64,000 bases of DNA. It comes from Amoebophilaceae bacterium. GTDB lineage: Bacteria; Bacteroidota; Bacteroidia; Cytophagales; Amoebophilaceae. The notes under the pieces were generated by a model, which saw only the letters and a list, made by a program, of their open reading frames with translations, was not told the origin of the DNA and did no database searches. Positions 22,014-31,980 of the stretch are shown one piece after another. The stretch covers positions 3,543 through 67,542 of the forward strand of contig JAIETQ010000022.1 of the NCBI GenBank assembly GCA_019744995.1, written 5' to 3'. The translations under genes and the position numbers were made by a program. How positions within the stretch are numbered: the stretch's first letter is position 1; each line of letters opens with the position of its first letter.

Positions 22014-22832
22014 GTGCAAATTTTGCCTAGCTCATCAAATTTAGCTTATCATATGAAAGAAAACAATCTGCTATATCATTTCTTTGTTGATCCAATGTCA
22101 CACGGTATGGCCTGTTTAATACTTGCCTATTTACTAGCCCCTACACAATTTGTAAAAGTAGTCTATCAAGAGACCAAACAGCCTTATTTACATATTATTA
22201 AGCAATATCTAGCCGCGAGAAATTTTAAAATTTTTTTTTCAGGGGCTCGTATGTATGCATTGCGTCAATTTATTGCTGCTTTTGCGTTTGGTATTTCCCA
22301 TTGGTTGTATTTGTTTTCAATTAGTTGTTATGCCATCTCCAATATTGTACTTTTAGTGGTTTGGCAAAGCTTTGTAGTAGCGGTAGTAGAGACAGTTATT
22401 ACTATATATACTGAAATGAAAGAAATTGCTGCCAATAAAGGTGATTTAATGAAACGTAAAGAAGCTATTTCAGCTATCATTACCCCCATCTTTTTAAGAA
22501 ATTTTATTGCTGGCTCAGCACCTGTGTTAGCCTGTGAAGTGAGTAAGCAGTTAGCAGTATATGCAATAGTCAAACAGATGGGGGGTATATGTACCAATAC
22601 AGTGGTATGTATCTTAGTTTCAATTGTAATTTCCACCCTAAGTATACCCTTTGATTTGATTGCTACACAAAATTGTGGTTCAGCCGTACCCATGACTTGG
22701 ATAGGTAGATTACGGCATATTATTATGGTAGAAAAAAAATGCATGGTGCTATTTAATGGATTGGGTATGAGAATCATGCAAATTATTCCTTATTCCATTG
22801 CCCATAGTCTTATTATTTTTTTACTAGATTGA
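22014..22832 (+). CDS. six-TM membrane protein, possible degenerate mitochondrial-carrier-family (MCF)-like transporter
   Basis: 272 aa with apparent three-fold internal repeat structure. Degenerate carrier-like motifs are PTQFVKVVYQ...FFSGA and PFDLIATQ...LFNGLG. Start uncertain (GTG 22014 or ATG 22053). Needs a profile search. Confidence 0.4.
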   Translation: MQILPSSSNLAYHMKENNLLYHFFVDPMSHGMACLILAYLLAPTQFVKVVYQETKQPYLHIIKQYLAARNFKIFFSGARMYALRQFIAAFAFGISHWLYLFSISCYAISNIVLLVVWQSFVVAVVETVITIYTEMKEIAANKGDLMKRKEAISAIITPIFLRNFIAGSAPVLACEVSKQLAVYAIVKQMGGICTNTVVCILVSIVISTLSIPFDLIATQNCGSAVPMTWIGRLRHIIMVEKKCMVLFNGLGMRIMQIIPYSIAHSLIIFLLD

Positions 22833-22850
22833 AGACCTTGAGGAGAGCTT

Positions 22851-24356
22851 ATGAATGATCATAAAACATCCATCCCTTCTAGGCTTAAAAAGTTTAGTTC
22901 CTTAATTTGGTCTCTTCAGAAGCATGAATTGCCCAAGTTTTTTGCTATGGCCATTTTAATGTTCCTGATTTTACTCAATCAAAACTTGATTAGAGGAATA
23001 AAAGATAGTCTTATTGTAACCATGATAGGTGTACAAGTGATCAGTTTTATCAAACTATTTGTGGAAATGCCAGTTGGTGTTTTTTTTGTAGTGATTTACA
23101 CGATTATGTGCAATAAGATGTCAACAGAAAAAGCTTTTCGTTGTATTTTACTTTTTTTTCTTTCCTTTTTTATTTTATTTTCCTTATTTCTTTTTCCAAA
23201 CCAAGCCTTATTACATCCTAATCCGGATAGAGTGGCTACCTATATTGCGCTTTACCCGCACTTCAAATGGTTTCTTATGATGTGGGGCAAGTGGATATTG
23301 GTACTTTTTTACATCATGGGTGAGCTCTGGCCTATGATTATTTTCACCCTTTTATATTGGCAGTTGGCCAATAAAATAACCAAACTAGAAGAGGCTGGTC
23401 GATTTTATTTTTTGTTCAACCTAGTTGGACAAAGTAATTTATTGATTTCTAGTAGTATCATGATCTATTTTTCTTCGAGCAACCATTTTTTATACCCACT
23501 TTTAAGTAAGTATAGAGCAGCTGCAGGACTAACCATATCCTCTATTATGGCAATTGTAGTCATGCTTTCTGTTTTTATTTTGCTTATGCATGGTTATATT
23601 GAAAAGTACATTATGTACGATCAGGTGATATCAACGGCAACTCCTAAGCAAAGCAGGTTACAATTGAGCCTATGGGAGAGTATTAAGACCGTTTCAAAAT
23701 CCCATTATTTAGGACTTATTTGCCTATTGATGATTGCTTACTCTATGGTATTGGGTTTAGTAGAGGGACTCTGGTTGCATGAAGCCAATCTGTTGTACCG
23801 TAATGATTCCTCTTGTTTTATGATTTACCAAGGCAAGGTGCTCTTTTGGATAGGTTTTACTACCCTTATTTGCTCTTTTTTAGGTAATCATGTCATTCGA
23901 AAATTAGGGTGGACGGGTACTGCATTATTAACCCCTGTTGTAACAGCTATCATTGGTTCTTGTTTTTTTTTACTGGTCATTACCCATTATTTTAATATCT
24001 TACCCACAACCTTAATGGGTATACCCTCTTTAGCCATTGTTGTGGCTATAGGCAGTTTACAAAATATTCTAATAAAAGGGACTAAGTACTGTTTTTTTGA
24101 TATCACTAAAGAAATGGCCTATATCCCATTAAATAATGAAATGCGTACAAAAGGTAAAGCGGCAGTTGATATATTAGGAGGCAAAATAGGTAAATCATCT
24201 GGAGCTATTGTACAGGTTATTTTTTATACGATTTTTTCTGATGCCAAACCTGATCAATTGGCTCCATTTTTAATGGTTATGTTTCTTTTAATAGCTATCA
24301 TTTGGATTGTGTCTACTAAAAAACTTGCCCAGGAATACCATAAACTCACGCAATAG
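22851..24356 (+). CDS. tlc: ATP/ADP translocase (nucleotide transport protein, Tlc/NTT family)
   Basis: 501 aa. The N-terminal half is colinear with Rickettsia/Chlamydia Tlc as I recall it (W....HE..KF...A.LMF.IL.N....R..KDSL.VT..G, YP.FKWF...GKW, ELW....F.LL.WQ.AN.ITK.EEA.RFY). Confidence 0.85.
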   Translation: MNDHKTSIPSRLKKFSSLIWSLQKHELPKFFAMAILMFLILLNQNLIRGIKDSLIVTMIGVQVISFIKLFVEMPVGVFFVVIYTIMCNKMSTEKAFRCILLFFLSFFILFSLFLFPNQALLHPNPDRVATYIALYPHFKWFLMMWGKWILVLFYIMGELWPMIIFTLLYWQLANKITKLEEAGRFYFLFNLVGQSNLLISSSIMIYFSSSNHFLYPLLSKYRAAAGLTISSIMAIVVMLSVFILLMHGYIEKYIMYDQVISTATPKQSRLQLSLWESIKTVSKSHYLGLICLLMIAYSMVLGLVEGLWLHEANLLYRNDSSCFMIYQGKVLFWIGFTTLICSFLGNHVIRKLGWTGTALLTPVVTAIIGSCFFLLVITHYFNILPTTLMGIPSLAIVVAIGSLQNILIKGTKYCFFDITKEMAYIPLNNEMRTKGKAAVDILGGKIGKSSGAIVQVIFYTIFSDAKPDQLAPFLMVMFLLIAIIWIVSTKKLAQEYHKLTQ

Positions 24357-24397
24357 AAGGCCTTTGTAGACCCCCCGAGGGTTAGTTCATTAAACCC

Positions 24398-24721
24398 CTA
24401 TAGATTTTTAACAAGCTCCTCTATTTCTTTTTTAGAGAGTGAGTCTCTATCTCCTTTATTATAAATAAAAAATAGTACTATCTTATTTTCTTCAATTTTA
24501 ACAAGTGTCATAACTCTTGCACCACCAGACTTCCCTTTGCCTTTAGAAGCAACAGATAAACGAACTTTGTAGATATCATTTCCGAGTAAGGTGCCTTGGA
24601 TAGGATTTTCTTTTAATCTCATAATCATTATTAAAATATCTTTCTTAAGTGAAGGATATTTCTTTATTAAATATTTAACCTAATTATTAAAGCTAAAAGA
24701 GAATACAATGCTATAGCTCAT
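24398..24721 (-). pseudogene. RelE/ParE-superfamily (HigB/Gp49-like) toxin with an in-frame TAG at codon 14
   Basis: From ATG 24721 the frame reads MSYSIVFSFSFNN*VKYLIKKYPSLKKDILIMIMRLKENP...KGKGKSGGARV. The stop is at 24680-24682. No antitoxin ORF is found on either side. Confidence 0.55.
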
Positions 24722-24741
24722 TGAGCTCTTTGATAAAATCT

Positions 24742-25533
24742 ATCAAGGTAGGTAGGCCCTCGCGGGCTTGCCTCCTCACACCACCGTACGTACGGGTCCG
24801 TATACGGCGGTTCAATTAGTTAACTGTTTCACCAAAGATTTTAAGCCTATGGTTGCCAAGTAGGTATTGTCTAGCGCCATATGTATTGTTCTACTATGGC
24901 TCAACCGCCATATTCCTTTTGAACTATATGCAGTTTGTTTGGCTGTAATAGTTGGGATTCCCCTTTCTATCAGACCTTTATATCGTCCAGAATATTTCTT
25001 CCATTGTTAATCTCGTTATAGATAATTCATTTCCCATGGTATCTTACGTACAGGCTTCACCTGACGCGTTCTTTACCTGGCTCGTTTCGACCTTCAAATG
25101 CTCTTTATCCATATGGTATAGTTCTTATTTTGTTTGCTAATTCTTCGGGCCTTCAGGGTTTTTTTTCCCTACTATGCCTTCTGCTGACTTCTATAACACG
25201 GTCGGTTCCTTCTCAGGTTCCCAGTTTTTTCGTAATTCCAAACAACATGTTATAGATCTCCCAGGGTAAGGTACATATCCTTCACTGCACAACTGTCAGA
25301 TATACGTTATTGCCTATTGGCGATAAGGGACTGCGTGTTCAAAAGCACACTCGTCCAGACAATCACGCCTCGTATCTGCTGCTTGTTCATCAGCTCGCAG
25401 TTTTGTTACACACTTCCTTCAGACTATCTCTCACGATTTAGCCCTTGTGTTTCACTAATCCTTCGGCTCGCCAGCCTGGATAAGGGACTTGCACCCTCGA
25501 GATATGTACCATGCCTGGCACACTTTTTCCATA
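24742..25533 (-). mobile_element. ORF-less group II intron (about 790 nt)
   Basis: On the minus strand the 5' end is GTGTGCCAGGCATGG..GGTGCAAGTCCC..GTGAAA..CTGAAGGAAG. Domain V is CCGCCGTAT-ACGGACCCGT-AC-GTACGGTGG (24781-24810) with a CGC triad and a 2-nt bulge. Domain VI is a GNRA-capped stem with a bulged A near 24749. The 3' end is ..GAT near 24742 (plus or minus a few nt). There is no intron-encoded protein ORF. Confidence 0.7.
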
Positions 25534-25687
25534 CTTTTTTTGCGGTCAAAAAAAGCATGAGGCCTGACCGGCGAGGTCGTTTACAGGGATAAAATATGAT
25601 ATTTATAGGTAAGGTTTGCTTGCTATAGATCGGTATAATTGCTATACTTAGTAAGTTATCTCTATATACATTACTTATTATTACATC

Positions 25688-26500
25688 ATGAACTTAAAAT
25701 TAAACAATCCACTTGCTTTTTTAGATTTAGAAACTACAGGTACTGATATCGTACGCGATCGTATCATAGAAATTGCTATTATTAAATTAATGCCCGATGG
25801 AACACGCTTAACGTGGGAAAAAAGAATTCATCCAGAAATAGAAATTCCTAGAGAAGCTAGCCTAATCCATGGCATTTATGATGAAGATATCAAAGACCGA
25901 CCAACTTTTAAACAAATAGCCAAAGAGCTGATGGCTTTTTTAAAAGGAGCAGACTTAGCCGGGTTTAACCTGCTGCGTTTTGATATTCCTATGTTGATAG
26001 AAAGCTTTTTACGTTCAGAATTGGATTTTAAGCTTGACAATAGAAACATTATAGACGTGCAAAAGATTTTCCATTTAATGGAAAAAAGAACCTTAAAAGC
26101 AGCTTATCTATTTTATTGCCAAAAGGAGCTCTCCAATGCACACAACGCCATGGCAGACACAGAAGCTACCTTAGATGTACTGGTAGAACAGGTAAAAAAG
26201 TATGAAGATCAAACAGTTATAGATGCCTTAGGAAATGTTATAGGAACTGTAAAAAATGATGTAAAAACACTACACCAGCTGACCCATACTAAAATGATTG
26301 ATTTTGCAAACAGACTGATCTATAATGACCAAAATGTACCTATCTTTAATTTTGGTAAACATAAGGGCAGGGCGGTATCAGAAGTACTCAAAACAGAGCC
26401 AACCTATTATAATTGGATGATTCAAGGGGATTTTTCATTGGATACCAAACGTAAATTAACCCAAATTAAAATGGGTGTCATGTCAATGGTTGAGCTTTGA
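25688..26500 (+). CDS. DEDD-family 3'-5' exonuclease (DnaQ / Pol III epsilon-like)
   Basis: Exo I motif FLDLETTG. The later H..MAD motif is DEDDh style. 270 aa with a C-terminal extension. Confidence 0.75.
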   Translation: MNLKLNNPLAFLDLETTGTDIVRDRIIEIAIIKLMPDGTRLTWEKRIHPEIEIPREASLIHGIYDEDIKDRPTFKQIAKELMAFLKGADLAGFNLLRFDIPMLIESFLRSELDFKLDNRNIIDVQKIFHLMEKRTLKAAYLFYCQKELSNAHNAMADTEATLDVLVEQVKKYEDQTVIDALGNVIGTVKNDVKTLHQLTHTKMIDFANRLIYNDQNVPIFNFGKHKGRAVSEVLKTEPTYYNWMIQGDFSLDTKRKLTQIKMGVMSMVEL

Positions 26501-28695
26501 ATGCCTCCTTTGTAGATGTGGTGCTGCCTTTACCCTTACATACCTTAACTTATCAGATCCCATCGATTTATGAAGGTAAGTTAAGTGTAGGTAGTGGCGT
26601 ATTGGTTGCTTTACGGAGCAAACCTATACTAGCTATTGTGGTCAGGATGCATACCCAACCACCTCCCTATGCTACAAAACCACTACTGGGTATACTGTAT
26701 GAAACCCCTATACTTGATGTTCAGCAATTGAAATTTCTACAATGGATAGCCCATTACTACTTGTCCTCTTTTGGTGAAACCTTAGCAGTTGCCCTGCCTA
26801 AGGCATTGGGTTTATCTCATAACATTGTGTTTAAACCCAGTAGCCTCAGTAGCCAAACTCCAAAAGAGGAAAAAGAGGTCTTCCTGCTCCAGGCTTTATA
26901 TCTAAAACCCTTAACCTATAGCGCCATCAAACGATTATTGGGTAAAAAAGAAACCAATAAAGTGTTATTGCACCTATTGGAACAAAGTGATATAAAAGCT
27001 CATGCCACAACCATAACCTCTACATCTTATATTGCTCATAAGCAGAAATCCCCTATCCTATTTCCTCTAACGGAAATACAACAAAAGGTACTAGAGGAGC
27101 TTCAAAAGATCTTTGCTAAAAAAGAGGTGGTGTTACTTCACGGGGCTATAGGTAGTGGCAAAACAGTGTTGTATATGCATTGTATACAAGAAGCCTGGCA
27201 ACAACAAAAACAAGTGCTTTTGCTTTTACCAGAAATAGGATTAGCTACCCATATCATGGAACGGATCTATCCATTCTTTGGGGAACATATCGTAGTCTAT
27301 CATTCTAAAAAATCCCATAAAGAACGTTTAAAAATCTGGTTGCAGGTAGCTGCAGCACAACCTTTAATCGTTATAGGTACACGATCGGCACTTTTTTTAC
27401 CTTTTAAACAGTTAAAACTTATTATTATAGATGAAGAGCATGATGCTTCCTATAAACACAGCGACAACCATCCAACCTACCATGCAAGAGAGGCTAGCAT
27501 TATATTAGCCCAGCAACACAAAGCAAAAGTGTTACTGGGTTCAGCTACGCCTGCTATAGAAACCTATTACAATGCCCAGGAGGGAAAATATGGATGGGTA
27601 ACCTTAACGGATAGATTTGGCAAAGCTCAGCCGCCAATATTATCTTTTATTGACCTTACTATAGATAAAAAAAGAAACGCTTTACGAGAAAATTTCTCTT
27701 TTACCCTACTAGATGCCATTAAAAACACGGTAAATTTGGGTAAGCAAGTGATCATCTTTCAAAACCGAAGAGGGTATGCGCAATATTTTTTATGTGCATC
27801 TTGTGGATGGATTCCCCATTGTCTTAACTGTTCCGTTGGTTTAACCTATCATCAATCATCCAATGAGCTGCTTTGTCATTACTGTGGCTATACGGCTCCA
27901 ACTTTTTTGCACTGTAGTTGTTGTGGATCTAGTGGGCTGCATAATGTAGGCTTTGGTACAGAAAAACTAGAAGAAACGCTACAACTTACCTTTCCCAAGC
28001 AAACCGTGGGCCGTATGGATTTAGATAGCACCAAAAGTAAAAATGGCTACAAAACGCTTTTAAAGCAACTATCTTCTGGCTCTATAGCTATTTTAGTAGG
28101 CACACAGATCATTGCAAAAGGATTAGATCTCTCCAATATCCATTTGGTAGGTGTATTGGATATAGATAGATTGCTCCATTTTCCAGATTTTAGATCTAAT
28201 GAAAAATGCTTTCAACTGATGGCTCAGTTGGCAGGCAGAGCAGGCAGAAGGGATGAACAAGGTAGGGTATTGATTCAAACCAGGCAGCCCAACCATCCTA
28301 TATTTCAATACCTCTCCAATCATGACTACCCAGGTATGTATGCATCCGAATTAAAAGAAAGAAAAAATTTTCTATACCCTCCTTATGTTAGAATGGTCCA
28401 TTTACGCTTGAGTTGTCCCACAGAAGCGATTGTACAATCAGGAGCCTTGAAACTAAAAGAAGCTTTAGAAAAAAAATTCCAAGATAAAACCCAAGGGCGT
28501 GTGCTGGGGCCTCAACAGCCCGTAGTGGGTAAAATTAGAAACTTATTTTTATTGAATATACTGGTAAAGATCCCTATTAAAAAGATGCATGAATTAGCTT
28601 TAGTCAAAGCATCTATACAAAAGATAACGCAACAAGTGTTACAGGAAAAAGCTTATCGGACGATTAAGGTGCTATTTGATGTGGATCCTATATAA
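26497..28695 (+). CDS. priA: primosomal protein N' (replication restart helicase PriA)
   Basis: Walker A GAIGSGKT, the DEEH box, and a Cys-rich zinc-binding region (CASCGW...CLNC...CHYCG). TTG start overlapping the upstream gene's stop. Confidence 0.9.
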   Translation: MNASFVDVVLPLPLHTLTYQIPSIYEGKLSVGSGVLVALRSKPILAIVVRMHTQPPPYATKPLLGILYETPILDVQQLKFLQWIAHYYLSSFGETLAVALPKALGLSHNIVFKPSSLSSQTPKEEKEVFLLQALYLKPLTYSAIKRLLGKKETNKVLLHLLEQSDIKAHATTITSTSYIAHKQKSPILFPLTEIQQKVLEELQKIFAKKEVVLLHGAIGSGKTVLYMHCIQEAWQQQKQVLLLLPEIGLATHIMERIYPFFGEHIVVYHSKKSHKERLKIWLQVAAAQPLIVIGTRSALFLPFKQLKLIIIDEEHDASYKHSDNHPTYHAREASIILAQQHKAKVLLGSATPAIETYYNAQEGKYGWVTLTDRFGKAQPPILSFIDLTIDKKRNALRENFSFTLLDAIKNTVNLGKQVIIFQNRRGYAQYFLCASCGWIPHCLNCSVGLTYHQSSNELLCHYCGYTAPTFLHCSCCGSSGLHNVGFGTEKLEETLQLTFPKQTVGRMDLDSTKSKNGYKTLLKQLSSGSIAILVGTQIIAKGLDLSNIHLVGVLDIDRLLHFPDFRSNEKCFQLMAQLAGRAGRRDEQGRVLIQTRQPNHPIFQYLSNHDYPGMYASELKERKNFLYPPYVRMVHLRLSCPTEAIVQSGALKLKEALEKKFQDKTQGRVLGPQQPVVGKIRNLFLLNILVKIPIKKMHELALVKASIQKITQQVLQEKAYRTIKVLFDVDPI

Positions 28696-28707
28696 CGTGT
28701 CCACCCC

Positions 28708-30018
28708 TTAGGCTATCAATCTAGGTACAACCAATCCCTCCCCATTGATATCTTCTAATACTACCTTGCATAACCTATTGGTAAGTCCATGTTGATAAGG
28801 CAGTTGTACCCGAATGTAATTTTCTGTAAATCCTTCGATGGGTTCATCTGCTTCAGCATGCTCAAATAGTACCGTTGCCCTATGCCCTATATGGGTAGTA
28901 TAAAAATCTCTAAGTTTCTTTTCAGAAAGCGTGCGAAGCATTCTAGCCCTTCGTACCCTTTCTTTTTGTGGCACAACCTCCCCCATAGTAGCCGCTTTTG
29001 TACCCGCTCGTTCTGAGTAAGGGAAAACATGTAGATAGGCAACAGGTAACTCATGGAGCAAGTGATAGGTTGCTAAAAAATCTTCTTCAGTTTCTCCTGG
29101 AAATCCAACGATTACATCTGCACCTATACAACAAGAAGGAATTTGTTCTATGATGGTTGCTATACAATCTCTATACAAAGAAGTAACATAACGCCGACGC
29201 ATCAATTGTAAAATCTTATCACTGCCAGATTGCAAAGGAATATGAAAATGAGGCACAAAACGTTTAGCCTGTGCAACAAAGGCAATAATTTCTTTACTGA
29301 GTAAATTGGGTTCAATCGAAGAGATGCGAAACCGTTCTATACCTTCTACCTCATCTAATGCTTGAATAAGTTGCAAGAAACTAGCTTTACGTTCATCTTC
29401 TATAATCCCAAAATCTCCTAAGTTGATCCCTGTTAAAACGATTTCCTTAACCTGTTTAGCTGCAATGGCATGCGCCTGTGTAACTACTGCTTCAATGGTA
29501 CTACTGCGGCTAACTCCGCGAGCTAGGGGTATGGTACAAAAAGAACAGCGGTAGCTGCAACCATCTTGTACTTTAAGAAAGGTTCTTGTTCTATCTCCTA
29601 TAGAGTAAGAGGGTGCAAAGGTAAGCGCTTCTTTGATCGAAGTTACTTGTACGGTAGCCAACTCATCGGCTCTTTTCTTGGTAAAATGGGTAATAAGCTC
29701 CAAGATTTTAAATTTTTCATGGGTGCCCAAGACCGCATCCACACCAGGTATCTGAGAGATTTCTTCAGGTTTTAGCTGGGCGTAACATCCTATAACCACT
29801 ATAAAAGTTTGGGGAGAAATTTTTAAAGCCTCTTTAACCAATTTTCTACATTTATGATCTGCATGTTCCGTTACAGAACAGGTATTGATAACCAAAATAT
29901 GCGGACGTTGGGTTAATTCTACGGTAACAAAACCTTGGGCTGTAAATAGGCGACCAATAGCAGAAGTCTCTGCAAAATTCAGTTTACAGCCTAAAGTATG
30001 AAAAGCCACTTTTTGCAT
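28708..30018 (-). CDS. mtaB: radical-SAM methylthiotransferase, MtaB-like (MiaB family)
   Basis: N-terminal UPF0004 Cys triad (TLGCKLN...NTCSVT...GC). Radical SAM CxxxCxxC motif (CSYRCSFCTIP). C-terminal TRAM-like region. Confidence 0.8.
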   Translation of the reverse strand: MQKVAFHTLGCKLNFAETSAIGRLFTAQGFVTVELTQRPHILVINTCSVTEHADHKCRKLVKEALKISPQTFIVVIGCYAQLKPEEISQIPGVDAVLGTHEKFKILELITHFTKKRADELATVQVTSIKEALTFAPSYSIGDRTRTFLKVQDGCSYRCSFCTIPLARGVSRSSTIEAVVTQAHAIAAKQVKEIVLTGINLGDFGIIEDERKASFLQLIQALDEVEGIERFRISSIEPNLLSKEIIAFVAQAKRFVPHFHIPLQSGSDKILQLMRRRYVTSLYRDCIATIIEQIPSCCIGADVIVGFPGETEEDFLATYHLLHELPVAYLHVFPYSERAGTKAATMGEVVPQKERVRRARMLRTLSEKKLRDFYTTHIGHRATVLFEHAEADEPIEGFTENYIRVQLPYQHGLTNRLCKVVLEDINGEGLVVPRLIA

Positions 30019-30187
30019 GGTTGTATATATAAGGTTCGTTTTGGGATTACTTTACTATAAAATATGAATTTAGCTAAAAATAGAAACATTTTATAGGTAG
30101 AGTCACTTTATAGACTTATAATTTGGTAAAACATATAAATTTTTATAGATTAAGTTAATTTTAAACATAAATCACGCTAACAATACC

Positions 30188-30889
30188 ATGCAAAAAATAA
30201 AATTTATAGTTTTTTCCTCTTTGTTGTTGGTTTTTTTAAACGCCTTGCCCAGAAGTTGGGCCCTAGGCTTGGATTTTATAGAGCGGACCTCCTTTAATAA
30301 GGATGGGTCTGGTTTATTTAGTCTTAATCTTGATTTAGCTAAATCAAAAAAATTAATCAAAGCCATTAAATATTTGAATAAAGATTATGAAAATATTACC
30401 AAATCTATTGGATACAATGCTTTTTGTGGAACTAAACAAGTATTAAAAAAAATAGCAGGTATTGATGACGTACGTATCAGACACGATGAGCGCATGCTTA
30501 CCATTACCCTACGTTTTAACTTTAAAAGTATTCAAGTTTTGAATAAAGCACTCTCTAAAATCAACCAAGAACTAGATCCTATGGGCATTACTTACTTTAG
30601 CCTGAGTGATGAAATCTTTATACGGGAAGATATGCATGGCATTGCAAAAAAATTGATTCATTACCATGATCATGACAACAGCCTCATTAAAAGTTTAAAT
30701 TTAAGCTATTTCTTTCAGCATACTACTTATACTACCATCTATACCTTCGATAAAGAAATAAAAAATGCCAGTAATCCATTAAGTGAAATCACCAAAGATA
30801 AAAAAACCATACGTGTGGTTCATCAGATATTATCGGCAGATGAAGTAGAAGATTCCATAAGAAATCGTGTCCATTTTGTAACCCACTAA
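30188..30889 (+). CDS. hypothetical secreted protein
   Basis: 233-aa ORF with an N-terminal signal-like hydrophobic segment. No family recognised. Confidence 0.5.
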   Translation: MQKIKFIVFSSLLLVFLNALPRSWALGLDFIERTSFNKDGSGLFSLNLDLAKSKKLIKAIKYLNKDYENITKSIGYNAFCGTKQVLKKIAGIDDVRIRHDERMLTITLRFNFKSIQVLNKALSKINQELDPMGITYFSLSDEIFIREDMHGIAKKLIHYHDHDNSLIKSLNLSYFFQHTTYTTIYTFDKEIKNASNPLSEITKDKKTIRVVHQILSADEVEDSIRNRVHFVTH

Positions 30890-30902
30890 AAATTATAATT
30901 GT

Positions 30903-31980
30903 ATGAAAACCCAATACCATATTTTAGGAGCAAGAATCGAGGCTTTAAAAGGCTTTCTTTGACTACGATAGCAAAAAAAAACAATTGCAATTATTGGAGT
31001 CAAAATTAACCTCATCCTCACTTTGGGAAAATGCAGCAGAAGCAGAGCAGGTGATTCGTTCAGTTAACCTATTAAAGTCAAGTATTGCTCCTATTGGTAG
31101 GTTAGAAGAGAAGTGGGAAGAACTCCTAATACTAGAAGAGTTTTTAACTACAGATCCCTGTATTAATCCATCTGATGTAGATCCTTTACTGGTAGAAATA
31201 GATGCCATACTAGAGGAAGTGGAGTTGCAAAAAATGTTGAGTAGCCAGGAAGATTATTTAAACGCAATAGTAGATATAAAACCTGGTGCAGGTGGCACAG
31301 AAAGTCAAGATTGGGCCGCTATGCTTGTACGTATGTATATCATGTGGGCAACCAAACAAAATTATATCGTTAAAACCATTGCCTATCAAGACGGAGATGT
31401 GGTTGGCACTAAATCAGCTACTTTAGAGATCATAGGTCCTTATGCCTATGGGTATATAAAAGCAGAAAGTGGCATCCACCGGTTGGTACGCCTCTCCCCT
31501 TTTGATTCAGCCAATAAACGACATACCTCGTTTGCTTCTATTTATGTAGCGCCTGTTATAGATGATACTATACAGATAGAAATTATACCCGGAGATCTCA
31601 GCTGGGATACCTTTCGATCGGGTGGTGCTGGTGGACAAAATGTAAATAAAGTAGAAACAGCCGTTCGTGTGAAACATAAACCCTCTGGTATTGTAGTAGA
31701 ATGTCAACAAGAGCGTTCTCAATTACAAAATAAAGAGAAAGCTTTACAACTGCTTAAGTCTAAACTCTACCAAATAGCATTAGAGCAAAAAAAAGAAAAA
31801 CAACAAGCAGAAGAAAATAAAAAACAAAAAATTAATTTTGGTTCTCAAATTAGAAACTATGTTTTACATCCCTATAAGGTAATTAAAGATAATCGAACAG
31901 GATACCAGCGTAACGATGTAGAAAATGTACTCAATGGAGACCTCAATGAGTTTATAAAACGTTACTTATTGCAAGTATAA
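30903..31980 (+). CDS. prfB: peptide chain release factor 2 (programmed +1 frameshift)
   Basis: Frame-0 leader ATG 30903 runs to CTT TGA (30957-30962). The +1 frame continues [13 protein letters not shown]... into the 30985-31980 ORF. GGQ and SPF motifs are present. Confidence 0.9.
30957..30963 (+). promoter_or_regulatory. RF2 autoregulatory +1 frameshift site CTT TGA C
   Basis: The sequence ggc ttt CTT TGA CTA CGA matches the canonical prfB slippery/stop context. Confidence 0.85.

Noticed and set aside
24952-25592. Plus-strand ORFs 24952-25140 (62 aa) and 25317-25592 (91 aa)
   Set aside because: They lie antisense to the group II intron RNA. Their relatively GC-rich open frames are a by-product of the structured RNA sequence, and no protein family is recognisable.
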